Of a stretch of 64,000 bases of DNA, positions 39,189-52,700 are shown piece by piece. Position 1 is the first letter of the stretch. Each line of letters starts with the position of its first letter. A program made the position numbers and the translations under genes. The notes under the pieces were generated by a model, which was given only the letters and a program-made list of their open reading frames with translations, searched no databases and had not been told where the DNA came from. Source of the DNA: Octopus vulgaris (Eukaryota); contig OX597828.1 of NCBI GenBank assembly GCA_951406725.2, positions 25,296,001 to 25,360,000 of the forward strand. Direction: 5' to 3'.

Positions 39189-42100
39189 CCAGCAGCAGCA
39201 TCATCATCAGCAGCAGCAACAGTCCAAAGTAAACCAAATTCAACATCTTCAAGTGTCATCAGCCTCATCGCCTGGTGTTAGTCGTTCTCTTACACCGAGT
39301 CAGAGTCCAGCTCCCAACAACTCGCCGTTAGTTAGTCGGTCACTCACACCAAGTCAGGGCCAAAATACTGGCTTGGTTACAATCAGTCCATCTTTCAGTG
39401 GACAGCATCCAAACAGCGTTAGCCCTTCCCCAAATGTCAGTGTTGTTCAGATCCCCACATCAGTGCAATCACAACCGTCAACACAGCAACAACTACAGGC
39501 AGCTGCTGCTGCTGCTGCTGGTGGTGTTCCTATTCAGAATCTAGTCCCTACCCAAAACACACAACACCTTCAGAACTTACTCCCAGGTCAGGCAGTTCTT
39601 CCGACACAAGGACAGAATATAGTACACACTCAAAACACAGTCATTCAGAACCCTAATGTTGTAAATGTGAATGTTGCTCATGTTCTGTGCAATAACTCAG
39701 CCCAACAAGCAAACCAGCAGGGCGGCATGGTGAGTGTCTACCCCAATGTACAGGCTGCGTCCTCGTCCAACCCTGTCACGCTGCATGGTACCATCATCAA
39801 TATTCCACAGGGCAAAAGCATTATTATCCCTGGATTTTCAAACCTCCAGCAAGTTCAGAATCTTCAGCTGCCTTCCTCACATGTTGGGCAGCAGGTTTCT
39901 GGAACAGGTACCCTGCTGCATGCCGCTGGTGCCACCCAGCAGCCCGTGGCAGGGGCTGCTGGCATGGCGATGGGCAGTGCAGCAGGGATGGCCGTTGGAG
40001 GAGCTGGCACCATGCAGTTGTCTGGTCAGCAGTCCCAGGAAAAAGCTGCTACCCTTGCAGCAGCAGCAGCAGGCCAATCTAACTACAGTTTTGTTAATAT
40101 CAACCCACCACCAATCATACTACGAACACTTCCATCAAACTTGATACAAATCCAGTCCACCACTAACAGTGGTCAGTCGTCCACAGTCAACACTCAAGTT
40201 CAGTCCTATCCCCAGATCTCGCAGGCTCAGTTAATCAACACTTCTGCAGCCCAGGGAAGCATTCCAATGCAGCAAGTGGTGAACCCTCTTCAGGGACAAC
40301 AACTGAAGGTGATAGGCCACCCAGGGTTACAGGTTGCTGGTTCTCAACCAGGTACAGTGACTGTGAATATAGGAGGCCAGAACTTTAATTTACAGAGCCT
40401 TCCCTCCAACCAATTGGGAGCTCTTCAATTCCAAAGTGGGAGGCAAGTTCTAATTCAGGCCCCACCGTCACATACTCTGCCCCTCCAAACGACATCAGTT
40501 AAAACAACTGTACCTTCTGGGCAGGAAATATCGTCTATATCACCACAAAACTCTGCACTGACAACTATGCAAGTTATTCAAAATGCCAATACGACAGCAA
40601 CCATAGGTAATCAACGTAGTAACAGCCGAACAAAAACACCGCCCACTAAGTCAAGTAAAAGTTCATCTTCAAAGCACAATTCTCATTCTGCTCATAGCTC
40701 TCGCAATCGTGCATCACCATTGCAACAGCAGCAACAAGTTCAAGCTATTCACAATTTCCAGTTACCGTTACCTCAAGTCACTCATCCTCATAGTCTGAAT
40801 AGCAGTCCAGGTCTTAGCACTGCCCATTCTACGACAGTCACAACTACTGTCTCACAGTCCCTTGTTCAGATGCCTTCTCAGGTTAGTGTAGCCAGCAGTC
40901 TGGTTGGAGTCCAAGTATCATCGAGCACTGTCCAAAACAAGCCTATTTCCAGTAGTGGACTTGTTCAAACTTCTGGTTCTTCAGCAGTTGCAAATCAAAC
41001 CCAAGCCGCTGCTACTGTCCTCAACACTCGTCTACCAGCTATTCAGATTACTCCACAAGATCCTATCATTATGGCCCGAGTTGAAAATGATGTTAGCTCA
41101 TTAGTCTCATTAAAGAATCCGAACCGAACTCAGAAAGCTAATCTTGAAAAGTTAGCTTTGCTCCAGAAGAAACTTTCTCAAGGGCAGCTTCAATTTTCTA
41201 CTAGTGGTCAAGTTGGACAACCCCAAATAGCACATCCTCCCACTGCTCAGGCAGCAGCTATTGCTCAACAAACCTTATTACAGCAGGCATCAGCCTCAAC
41301 ACCTTCAGCGGCCACCAGTATTAACCAGATTAATCAACTACTACAACAGCAAGCCTGTGTGAACCAGCAACATCAGCAACAACAGCAGCAGCAGCATCAT
41401 CAACAACAACAACATCAACAACAACAGCAGCAGCAGCAACAACATAAAACACAGCAGGCTCAACAAGCCACTGTTGTTGGACAGATTCCTTTGGCCACTG
41501 TTGGCAAATCCGTTACAAATGTCATTTCTAATTCCATTCCGAATCAGTCAACTCCAGGATCAGTTCAGTCATCTCAAACAGTATCCATGTTGACTTCACA
41601 CCCAACAAATATTGTTCAGTCCGGCCAAGCAGGTGCTGGCATTCAAGTATTGACAACTTCGAGTGGAGGCAAGCAGCATATGGTGGGTATGATCCCTGGT
41701 ACAACATTGATTCCAGTGGTGACCAGCACCGCAGTTTCATCTGGGACGTTTGTGCCAGCTTCCAACATGCCCACCATCACTGCTGGAAAATTACCAATAC
41801 CTGCCACACCAACTGCTGTTTCTACTCCAGTTAAGGTTAGTATAATCAAGTCCAATTCATTGTTTATCATTTTCCCCTCAACTTTAAATGGTTTTTTTTT
41901 CTACTACTACGTTTTTAAGAACCTCTTTGTTGTTATCATTTTCGTAATATATCTTAAGTCTGCCAGTATTTTGAGTACAATAAATTTATTGAGTAAATAA
42001 GGTAATCGGACACTCTACTCACAGACTTTCAGTTTTGATTTCCTGCAGAGTTCTAATCAGAAAATTTTATTATACATTTCTTCAGTTTGTTTTATTAGGA

Positions 42101-43708
42101 TAAATGAAATCTCTAATTTCAGGTTCAATCCTTCTGTTTGTCTGTGGGAAGGATCTGTGCCAATTGCCTTTGCAGACCCTCCAAGACCAGTGATATTGAT
42201 GCAGTTTATATACTTGGAATGACTTGTTATTACAAAGGGCATTTCTTTGTAAAATACATAAGTTCCAGTAGTTCGGATGTTAATGTTGCCAAATTTGTAA
42301 AAATTAAACCAATGACTGTGTAGAAGAAAATAAATGCAATTAGGCATGTCCAAGACCTAATGAACTACAGAAATGTCACTGCAAAATTTGATTCAAGTAG
42401 CATTGTGCTATTTTGGCTTCCTATTCTTTTGCCAACCCTTTAGTGTTTAGATTACTCTGTCAAATATAGTGCTTATTTATTCACATTGTTTTGAATTAAT
42501 TGTGCCTTATCTTCTAGCTTCAACATTTTGATGGATGTGATTGTTTATCCTTAGAATGATAATGTAGAATAGGTGTGAGAGGCTGAATCTGAATCTGAAT
42601 TGGACATAAAACAATGGGAATATTCAGGCCGGGCATGGCTGGTTTAAACACGAAAGTGTTAAAGCATATATAAGAGATGGCACTCAGTACTACAAAATAA
42701 CAAAATACTTTAGCAGTTATGCACTTCTTCTGTGGCCTATAGTAATGAACTGTATTCTCTTTTGGTGCTTATTTATGGTAAGTGAACTTTATCTATTAAG
42801 AGCTAAGTATTTTGTTAAGGACAATGATATTACTGACACTTTAGCCAATAAATGGGCACTTTTATGCCACTAGGAATCTCCAAATGTAGTGACCTGGCCT
42901 GGCCCTCCATCAGTTATGACAGCGAGTGTTCCAGTAGATTCAATCAACGAAACAGCCTGCTTATGAACTTAACATGCAAGTGGCTGAGCACCACGCACGC
43001 ACGCACACACATCATTAATGTAATTCTCAGGGAGATTCAACATGACACAGAATATGTCATGGCTGGCTCTTTGAATTTCAGGTACAATTCATTTTTGCCA
43101 TCTGAATAAAACTGCAGCAATGTGAAATAAAGTGTCTTGCTCAAGGACACAGTGTGCTGCCAGGAATCACACTTACAACCTTATGATCATGAGCCAGACA
43201 CCCTAAACTATTTGGCTGTGTGAATTATGTAGGAATGGTTGCATGTGTTAAGGAACCCGCTTTGCATCTACTTGGGTCATGCTTGATTCCCTTGCATGGT
43301 ACTTTGGACAAATATCTTTTTCCATAGCCTTGGGTTGATCAATGCTTTCTGAGTGGAATGTAGCAGATAGGTGGATGAGTAAACCCTTGTCAAAACTTCA
43401 TGATTTCAGCCCACAAAGTAGAAAATGAAAGAATTCTCATTTCATTTGTATCATTAGTGTGTTTGTGTTTGTAAATGTGTGACTCCAACACAGTGCAGGA
43501 CTGCTGGTTGTGATGCATCCTTTAAAGCATATCTCTAGGAGAACATTCTTTGATATAAAATCATGTGTGTGTGTGTGTGGGGGGGAGTGGCATTGAAGAT
43601 CATGAATCTGCTACATGCTCAAGCTTGCAATCTTTATTGATACCAGGGATTCTGCATATCTCTGGATCATGCCAGTAGGGTGGAGAGCATTTTAATATTG
43701 TGTCTATG

Positions 43709-43754
<46 letters not shown>

Positions 43755-46700
43755 ATGTACACATGTCAAGCTAAGTGGAATTATAGTCATGGCCAGTGCT
43801 GATGATACATAAAAGGCACTCAGTATATTGTGGAATGGTTGGCATTAGGAAGGGCGTCCAGCCATAGAAACCAAGCCAGAACAGATTGGAGCCTGGTACA
43901 GCTCTCCAGCTTATCAGTTTCACTCAAACGGTCTGACCCATGCTAGCATAGAAAACAGATGCTAAATGATGATAGTGATCTGTCTGTGTGTGTGTGTGTG
44001 TGTGTGTCAGCATTAGCATCAACAGTTAACATCCATGTTCCAATGACCCCAAGGACTGCATCATGCTCCAATATCTACTTTGGCATACTTTCTACATCTG
44101 AATGCCCTTCCTAACATCTACCACCTTACATGTACTGGGTGTTTTTTAAAAAAATTTTCTGTGTGTGTGCCACTTGTACTAGTGAAGCTGTCATGCCAGT
44201 GCTAGTTAAGCCTTCATTGACAGTCTGATGATGGCTTTACTGGTCAAAACTTTGAAGTCACTGTCAACATTCTCATTTAAGAATAATAAATTTGTACACT
44301 GCAAAAGTATAGAGTAACCCATTGATGTAAAATGGTTTTTATTATAACTGAGCATCAAGATAAAAATTTACACGCATGCATACACATGTGTGTGCACAAA
44401 AATTTCACTGGGGACTGTTGCTGCTGTCACCAACAGTTGCTTCCAGAGTAGAAAAGGGAGCTGTCTCAAAACTAGCAATGGCGAACCTGATGGCTTGCAT
44501 AATATGATTTGGACGAAGGAACGGAATCTTATTGAATAAGAGAAATAAATGACATTGTTGGATTATTCTTGAATCTTTCAACAAAACACTCTGCATATTC
44601 AGGGTAAAATGTTTTTACTCTATTAACCCTTTAGTGTTCGCATTATTCTGCCAAAATTAATCTTTTTTCATCCACATTGCCTTGAACTAATCATGCATTA
44701 TCTTGTAGCTATGAGATTTTGATGAGGTAGCTGTTAATTTTTAAAACGATATTGTAGGGTTGGTGTGAGAGACCAGATCTGGCCAGTTTGAACATAAAAC
44801 AGGTAGAATACCTTTTGGCCGGATATGGCCGGTTTAAATGCTAAAGGATTAAAACATGTAATAAAGGTCTAACTTTGTATACAAACCCAGTATGATTTTT
44901 TTTGAGACATTGTTTTTTGGTGGGATGGAAATGCATCTTATATCAAATATGTATACATTTGTGTTAGTCATACGTGCAGCCACACATACAAAGTGGTTTA
45001 ATGTTTATTTTGCAACCTTGAATCCTGGATTTGATACCACTGTGTGGCATCTTGGGTACCTTCAGATTGACTCATGCTTTGTGAGCCAATTTGGAAACTA
45101 TGTAGAAACTCATGAGAAGGGCTAAGCTCCAGCCATAATGCATTGGTGTCACACTGATGCTACCCAAGAATTACATTGAAGGTACATGTCTTTGGAATAG
45201 TCAGCCACTTTGTATGCTAGTTCAAGTATTTGGCTTCCCACTTGATCAATATATCAAAATCACTGGAATGCTCGATTGTGTATGTGTATCTGCTTCAGAT
45301 GACTCTAAATTTATGTAAAATAAAAATGCTTTTTACTATTTAGTTTGAGTTTAGCTTGTATCTGTTTTATTATGAAAAATAAGACTGGGCGTAGGGGATC
45401 AGTAAAGATAACTGAAATCCTCGGATACAGTGTCTCGGCATTGTAAGAGTTTAAAAAAAAAGACTGGATCAAGTAAGAAGATGAAAAAAAAAAAAATATG
45501 TTGTAGAGCTGAAATGACCACACAGGTCAGGTATTAAAAACTATTGAATCGTAGTTGTTGTATTCAAATTTACAGTCAATTTTGTTGTGTTGCTGACTTG
45601 GTAGCAATATTGTATTCTGTATTGCTTTTGTTCATCTGTCTGAAATAAGGACCAGATTTCCTTTTGATAAAATACTGATACAGCTTTATCACTCCCATGA
45701 TTCATATAATGTCCAGCAATCAAGTATATTATCACATGTTTTGCTTTATCTTTTAGATTGTTTATAAAATATTTTTGTTTTCCAGATGGGTGATAAAGAA
45801 GTACTCATCAATTTGACGGGTCACAACAAAGAAGCTGTCTTGGCACACCTGGCTCAACTGACACCAGAGCAACAGCAAGTGTACCTTAAACACAAAGCTA
45901 AGTTTATTGTCAAGTTGGATCAAGCTAATTCACAGCTCCTGCAAGCACAGCAGCAACAGCAGCAGCAGCAGCAGCAACAACAACAACAGCAGCAGCAGCA
46001 TCAACACCAACATCATCAGCAGCATCAACAACAACAGCAGCAGCAACACCATCATCACCATCAGCAACAGTTACAACCACGACAGATCCGACAGCAGCAA
46101 ACGACTGCAACTGTTGCAGCTGCCACAAATATGTCTGGTGGTACTGTTATAATAAGTAAAGGCCAACAAATATCTCGGCATACTTGTAAAGGACAAATGG
46201 TTATGGACACCAAAATACCAGTCCCAGTTCAGGTGGGTTGATTTCTTGTTTCAAGGCAACAGCTTCTCAAAGAGGTCTTTCTCCTTTGAATAAGAGATTT
46301 TCTTATTAATTCTTTTAATATTTATTTCAAGCCAAGCAGGCTCTTTGAGTGGGAATTGATCTTGTTAACAGGAAACAATTACAGCTGATATTTCCACTAT
46401 TTTGGAGAAGCCCTAGTCTGTCAAAAGTTTAGGATCAACCCTAGCAAGATTTCAAGATAAACTACAAAACTGAACTGAATAAAATGACACTTGATGCTCA
46501 AGTTGTTGATACGTTTGGTATTCAGGTCAAATGCATCTTCACAAATAAAACATCACCTTTCAAGCCACTGAGTATGGCTGAACTCATAGAAATGAGTTGT
46601 AAGGAACCGTAAACAAATTCTTAACTTAATTTGCCAAGGCTTCTCTCTTTTGAACACTAATAAAAAGAACATTATTCTTTTGATTATGGAGCAGCAACCA

Positions 46701-49700
46701 TCAAATCGGTTTTATGACTGGCTCCTGGAATTGCTAAAATAAATAAAAGAGGAATACAAGCTCACATATCAGTAATAAAAACTAAAATTCAGTTTTACAA
46801 CTGAATCTTAGTTTTTATTTACCTAAACTGAGTTGCTAATAGCTAACAAGATATATTAAAGCAAAGCAGAATAAACATGTTTGCTATATATTTGGCTATA
46901 TATTTTTAATCAGTAATTCACAGGTTAAAAATACAAGCCACTGTTTAAGAAAGGTCATTTACATGCAACAAGTACATTAAATCTTTTAGTGATTCATTTT
47001 TCAGCCTTCATCAAAGCTTCAAATTGGAATTTAATTTTATTAATTTCAACTTTGGACATTTTGTAATTATTAAGAGATATTCAGTATATCAAACTATTTC
47101 TTTCTAGGAGTTTGATAAAAATTTGGTGCAGATCAAAGTAGAACCAGGTCAGTCATCGACTGTGATAAAGTCATCTGGAAAGGCACAAAAACGACCAGCT
47201 GAACTGTCCAAAGGAGTTGTGTAAGTATATAATTAAGCATAATTAAGCATGCTTAACAGTTTATTGCTTTGAAGAGTTCAGTGAAAAATAAAAATTGTCA
47301 GGTATTTTGTTGGTATAATTACTATTAGCTATTCTTGTATATTTTAGGGCATCTGAAATCTTTGTCTTCTGTCAGTCTAAGATATTTTGTCTACCCCATT
47401 GCTTCCCCTCAATACAGAGTTTTTAGTTTCTACCAGTTTTCTTCCTACATATTGAGCAAAATCATTTCTAAGATGGTGCTATGATCTTCTGTCCTTTGTT
47501 AAAAAATAAGATATTGGTCTTTGCCATGCTTTTGAAGTTTTGGCTCAAAACTATTTTCTCAAGTTTGAAACTTACTTTTGTAGATTGTTATCAAATTCTC
47601 AGCATGTTCTTCTTCAAACTGTAATGAATAGTAAAAAGAACTAAATACACAACCTAAATGAACGCTCATTTTTTATGCTAAATTCCACACTGAATTGTCT
47701 ATCAATTTATATTTTGTAAACTGTTTGAACAGCTCTCGTAAACTATTTAGCTCAAATAGTGCCAATTAAGGCAGCATACTATGGTATTTCAAAGATCTTC
47801 CATGAGTAGTCAAATGTAGACTAGAGTTGTTTATTCTTAGCTAAGAATTCTTGCAGTTTTCTCATGACACATATATATATCTGTGGTTCTACATTCTGGC
47901 ACAAATTTAAACAGTATCTTATCCAAAGTAATCTTATTTTGCATTAGCTTGCTGAAACTTTCTCAGATTGGTTAAGTTTGAAACCTAGTCTCTGATAATC
48001 ATTGCGAATAAGACCTTTGCAAACAACACCTTTAAGGGGACAAGTCCTGAGAGGAGGTATTTATAATCAGAATTGTAAGACTTGGAGTTTCTCAGAGTAT
48101 CTGCACATCTATTTTACTGATTTATATGACTCCAAAGCATTGATGCCTGACATTGAGCAGTTTGAGACATCATTTATGTAGATATGATTTTACAGTTTTT
48201 GATACAAACCATAACTCTGAAATGATCACCAAAAAACTGGACAAATGCCTGGCTATTTTGTTTGGCATTTTTTGTAGGCAGAAGAACGCTGTACACAGTA
48301 TCTGGATTGACTGTGATTTTGTTCACACTGCAAAGTGTATATTTCCACTTTTGTTCCCAAGTCCAATTCTATGTCAGTACACTATTTCTGGAGCAGCAAC
48401 CCTAAATACTAACAGTCACATTTGACACAGTAGTCATATTCTTACCATATTGTTGAAGAATGACAGGACCTACTCAACAAAGAAAGATCATTGTTCAGTT
48501 ATTTGAGGCATTGCTTGAGCACAGGACAAATCCATACTTATGGCAATCTACAAAACAAGGAGACAATTCTCAATAATATCAGTTTTATCTGATGCAGCAT
48601 TGAAGAAAATGCAAATTAGTACAAAATACAGCTCTTTGAGTAGCAGCTGAAGACCATCTGCACCATGAGACAAAAACTGAAAGTACCACCACATTCAGAT
48701 CCTATAGTTTCACAACACTATGCTCTTCAAATGCAAAATAAAGCCAACTCTATCACAATTCTACATGAAATTCATGCCATTTAGAAATTTATCAACGAGC
48801 CGAATGTCAACCCAACAAAAGCACCAGATTGACAGTACCTTGGTAGATAAAGCAATAAAGAATACAAAGACAAGGAAAGCCCCTGGCCCATCATAAATCA
48901 CCACAGAGATGCTTAAAATATCTGGCGGTATCGGCTATTGTCTAGTCACCCGTATAGTCAATCAAGTGATACATGAAGGAGTCATACCCAATGACTGGTG
49001 TAGCAGCACCATAGTCAACTGCTACAAAGGTAAAGGTGATGCATTAGATATGAATAATTACAGAGGTATCAAGTTGTTGGATCAGGTAATGAAAGTCACA
49101 GAGAGGGTCATAGCCCAACTAATTAGAGAAAGAGTCAGCCTAAATGAGATGCAGTCTGGGTTTGTGCCAGGGAAAAGCACCACTGATGCTATATTTCTGG
49201 TAAGACAACTGCAGGAGAAATACCCAGCCAAAGATAAACCTCTGTACCTGGCTTTTGTTGACATGGAGGAAATCTTTGACAAGGTCCCCCAATCCCTTAT
49301 CTGGTGGTCAATGTGGAAACTAGGGATAGATGAGTGGTTAGTGAGAGCTGTACAAGCCACGTACAGGGATGCTGTCAGTAAGGTAGGGGTTGGCAACAAG
49401 TAAAGTGAAGAATTCCAGGTAGGAGTAGGAGTCCACCAAGGATCAGCCCTCAGCCCTCTCTTATTCATCATAGTCCTCCAGGCAATAACAGAGGAATTCA
49501 AGACAGAATGCCCTTGGGAACTTCTCTATGCTGATGACCTTGTTCTAATAGCTGAGTCATTATCAGAACTAGAGAGAAGTTTCAGGTGTGGAAGCAAGGT
49601 CTAGAATCGAAGGCCTTAGAGTCAGTCTAGCAAAAACCAAAGTCTTAATAAGTAGGAAGGCAGACAAACCACAAATCCCTTCAGGTAGATGGCCCTGCTC

Positions 49701-52700
49701 AATCTGTAGAAAAAGCATTGGTAGAGACTACATAAGATGTACCTTGTGTAAGCTATGGACACATAAAAGGTGCAGCAATATCAAAGGAAGGCTAACTGGG
49801 AAGTTAGTTTTTGTGTGTGGCAAATGCTCAGGGGCAATAAACACTGAAAATGTGCTGAGAACAATTTCTGCCACATTCCATAAGTAGTTTATAGCTTCTG
49901 TTACCTTTATCTAGGTGACCAAGTCAGTAGCAGGGGTGGATACTCTGAGAGTGTAGCTACTAGAATAATAAGAATAGCCTGGTCAAAGTTCAGAGAGCTC
50001 CTACCTCTGCCTTTGGTGACAAAGGGCTTCTCGCTCAGAGTAAAAGGTAGGCTGTATGATGCTAGTATGCTCCACTGGATGTGTAATGTCAATGTGCATA
50101 CACAACTAAGTGTAAGTGCCTTGGGAGAAAAGTTGGACAAATGAAGCATCAGATGTGGTATGCAGAGAGACGACTGCACTGGTATGGTCATGTGTTGCAT
50201 ATGGATGAGGACAGCTGTGTGAAAAAGTGTCATACCCTAGCAGTAGAGGGAAAGAGGGAACCTGTGGAAGAGGGAGATGACAAGTGACCGAGACCTTTGG
50301 AGATATGCTGTGCTTGAGAAAACCCGGCAAACCAAGTGAGACCATAACCGTGACCTATGCCAGTGCAGCATAAACCAGCCCATTTAAGAGTACCCTTCAG
50401 TCATTGAGCAATAAACTGTGTGTGCGAAGACCTGTTGAGGCAAGTGAAGTTATTGTTGTGGCCGATGACAGTACCGCCTGATTGATACGGGTGCTGGTGG
50501 CATGTAAAAAGCACCATTCAAGCATGGTTGATGCCAGTGCTGCTGGACTGGCCTCCATGCCGGTGGCACATAAAAAACACCCACTACACTCTTGGAGTGG
50601 TTGGTGTTAGGAAGGGCATCTAACTGTAGAACTTTGCCAGATCGGATTGGAGTCTGGTGCAGCCTTCAGGTTTGCCAGCCCTCATTCAGACCATCCAACC
50701 CACGTCAGCATGGAAAGCAGACATTAAACGATGATGATGATGATGAAAACCAAGAGATAAGAATGGAAAAATATCACTGTTTTGCTGTTGATACAGTTCA
50801 AAGCTACTAACTTCACATCCTACCAAGCAGGTGGCTACTATCACCAGACCAGCTCATTATCAATAAAGAATTATGTCTACCAGAGGAAACAAGATACACA
50901 GTAGCAATGTTGCTGTCTGTCTTTTTGTTTTTTATCTTCCTGCTGACCATCTCACTCAATAGATCCAGATCTAGAAATTACCAGCATATGTCTAGTTTAT
51001 TATTCTGCTTCACAAGATGTCCAATATCTCTTCCAATATTTATCTAACTCCCCCAATCTAAATGCACTGGACTTCTGGAGCAACTCCAGGAAGGTAGCAG
51101 AGTGGCTACTACAACTGAACCTCTGTTGGGCCACTGCAACAATAACGCCACCTCTAATGCACTCCCTTATAGCATCTAAATAACCTGAGGCTTTCAGAAT
51201 CCCAACAGGTATTCTTGTTCCTGCTTTTTGATTGTTTGTATTCTGTTTATCACAAGAATATATAAAAAAAATAGAAAGAAACTTGTGTAGCTTTTTAGCT
51301 TTCAGGTTATTGGCCTACAAAAGCCCATAGTATTCTGAGATGTAAAGAAATGATTCAGTTAATTTGTGACATTTTACAATTGATTTCCTTCCTCCTGAAT
51401 TTATACAGCTTCCAATCTGAACTGGTGTAAAAAATAAATTCAAAACATTTAAAAAGATTTCAGAAAAAATATGGCAGGAGTCCTCACTGGCTGATTTATT
51501 ATGATATTGTTCTATTAAGGGGAAGGGTTTACAATGCAGACTCTTGTCTCTAGTAATACTGCTCAGTGTATTAGCTTGGTTTACAGATAGCATACCTTAC
51601 ATTTTATAACAGAAAATATTTTGGTACTTAATTCAAATGTTGTCATTGGCCACCAAATTGGCAGAATCATTAAAATGTTAGTAAAAATACCTTGCAGTGT
51701 TTGTTCTACTACACAATTTGTCTTACTGCTATGTTTTTGTGTTGGTCTATAGTGATTATTGTAATCTTTGGAGAGGGCTTCTTTCTGGAAACTACATTAT
51801 AAAAAGAATTTGTCTCTGTAGCAGCTAACATTTCTATGATTTATTATCAAAGTGCCAGCTGTGTGGGTTTTATTTCATAATTACTGATCATTTATGTTCG
51901 ATATTTCAGTGTTCTAGTATCATCAGTTTATTTTCTATTTCAAAACAGAATTCACCAACGATTGAACCATGATCAAGCTTGCGCATTGAAAGCAGACATG
52001 AAGACCCCTTTTAAAGACAAATCAGATGCTTGCCAACGTCTTATTTGTTTCCATGTATTCCAGGATTGGGGACCAAATCAAGAAAAATTGGACAAAGGTT
52101 AGTTTCTCTTGCTCAGTTGATTTTATCATCATAGTTGAGACATTAGTAGCATCATTAGTCCTTTAATCACTTTCATTTTGTTCCTTACAAATAATCTACT
52201 AATCTTTTGCTTTGGAAATTTTTATCTATTATCTCTATTATTTTAAAAGTCTGTCAAATGAGAAAAGCCTGTTCATTGTACATTGACAGAAAAATTTATT
52301 TGGTGAGAAAGCAAATATTGTTGCTTAAATTTTACATCAGTTGTTTGGGTTTTTCTTTTAAAGTACTAATCATACCAAGTAGTTCTGTGGTGATAGTAAC
52401 TAATTTATAAAATGTTGGTGTGTAGAAATCTCTTTATCTTGCGAGAACATTTGAAGTAAGGAAAATATTTGGAATTATGCCATCTTATTATGCAAACAAG
52501 TTAAACACCTCTTTTTAGTTATAACTAGCTACAATTTATTTGGTATTGTGACTAGTTTTAATGAACTGGTCTATTTGTTGTAAGGTCACTAATTCAAAAT
52601 TTGATTCAACTGTTGTGTTTATTATTACACAGTCCAGATGTTTGAATCAGTCTGCTTGGCTGAATATGGATACCACTCTTGGTTCAGTTCAGTAGTTGTC

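Noticed and set aside
41836-42000. Hydrophobic C-terminal tail of ORF 39253-42000 that looks like a transmembrane segment
   Set aside because: Read-through into a T-rich intron after the AAG|gttagt donor
47400-48790. Non-repetitive-looking intronic stretch that might be an old TE or nested gene (similarly 25700-27700)
   Set aside because: No sustained ORF, recognisable motif or consistent splice pattern found by eye; left unassigned
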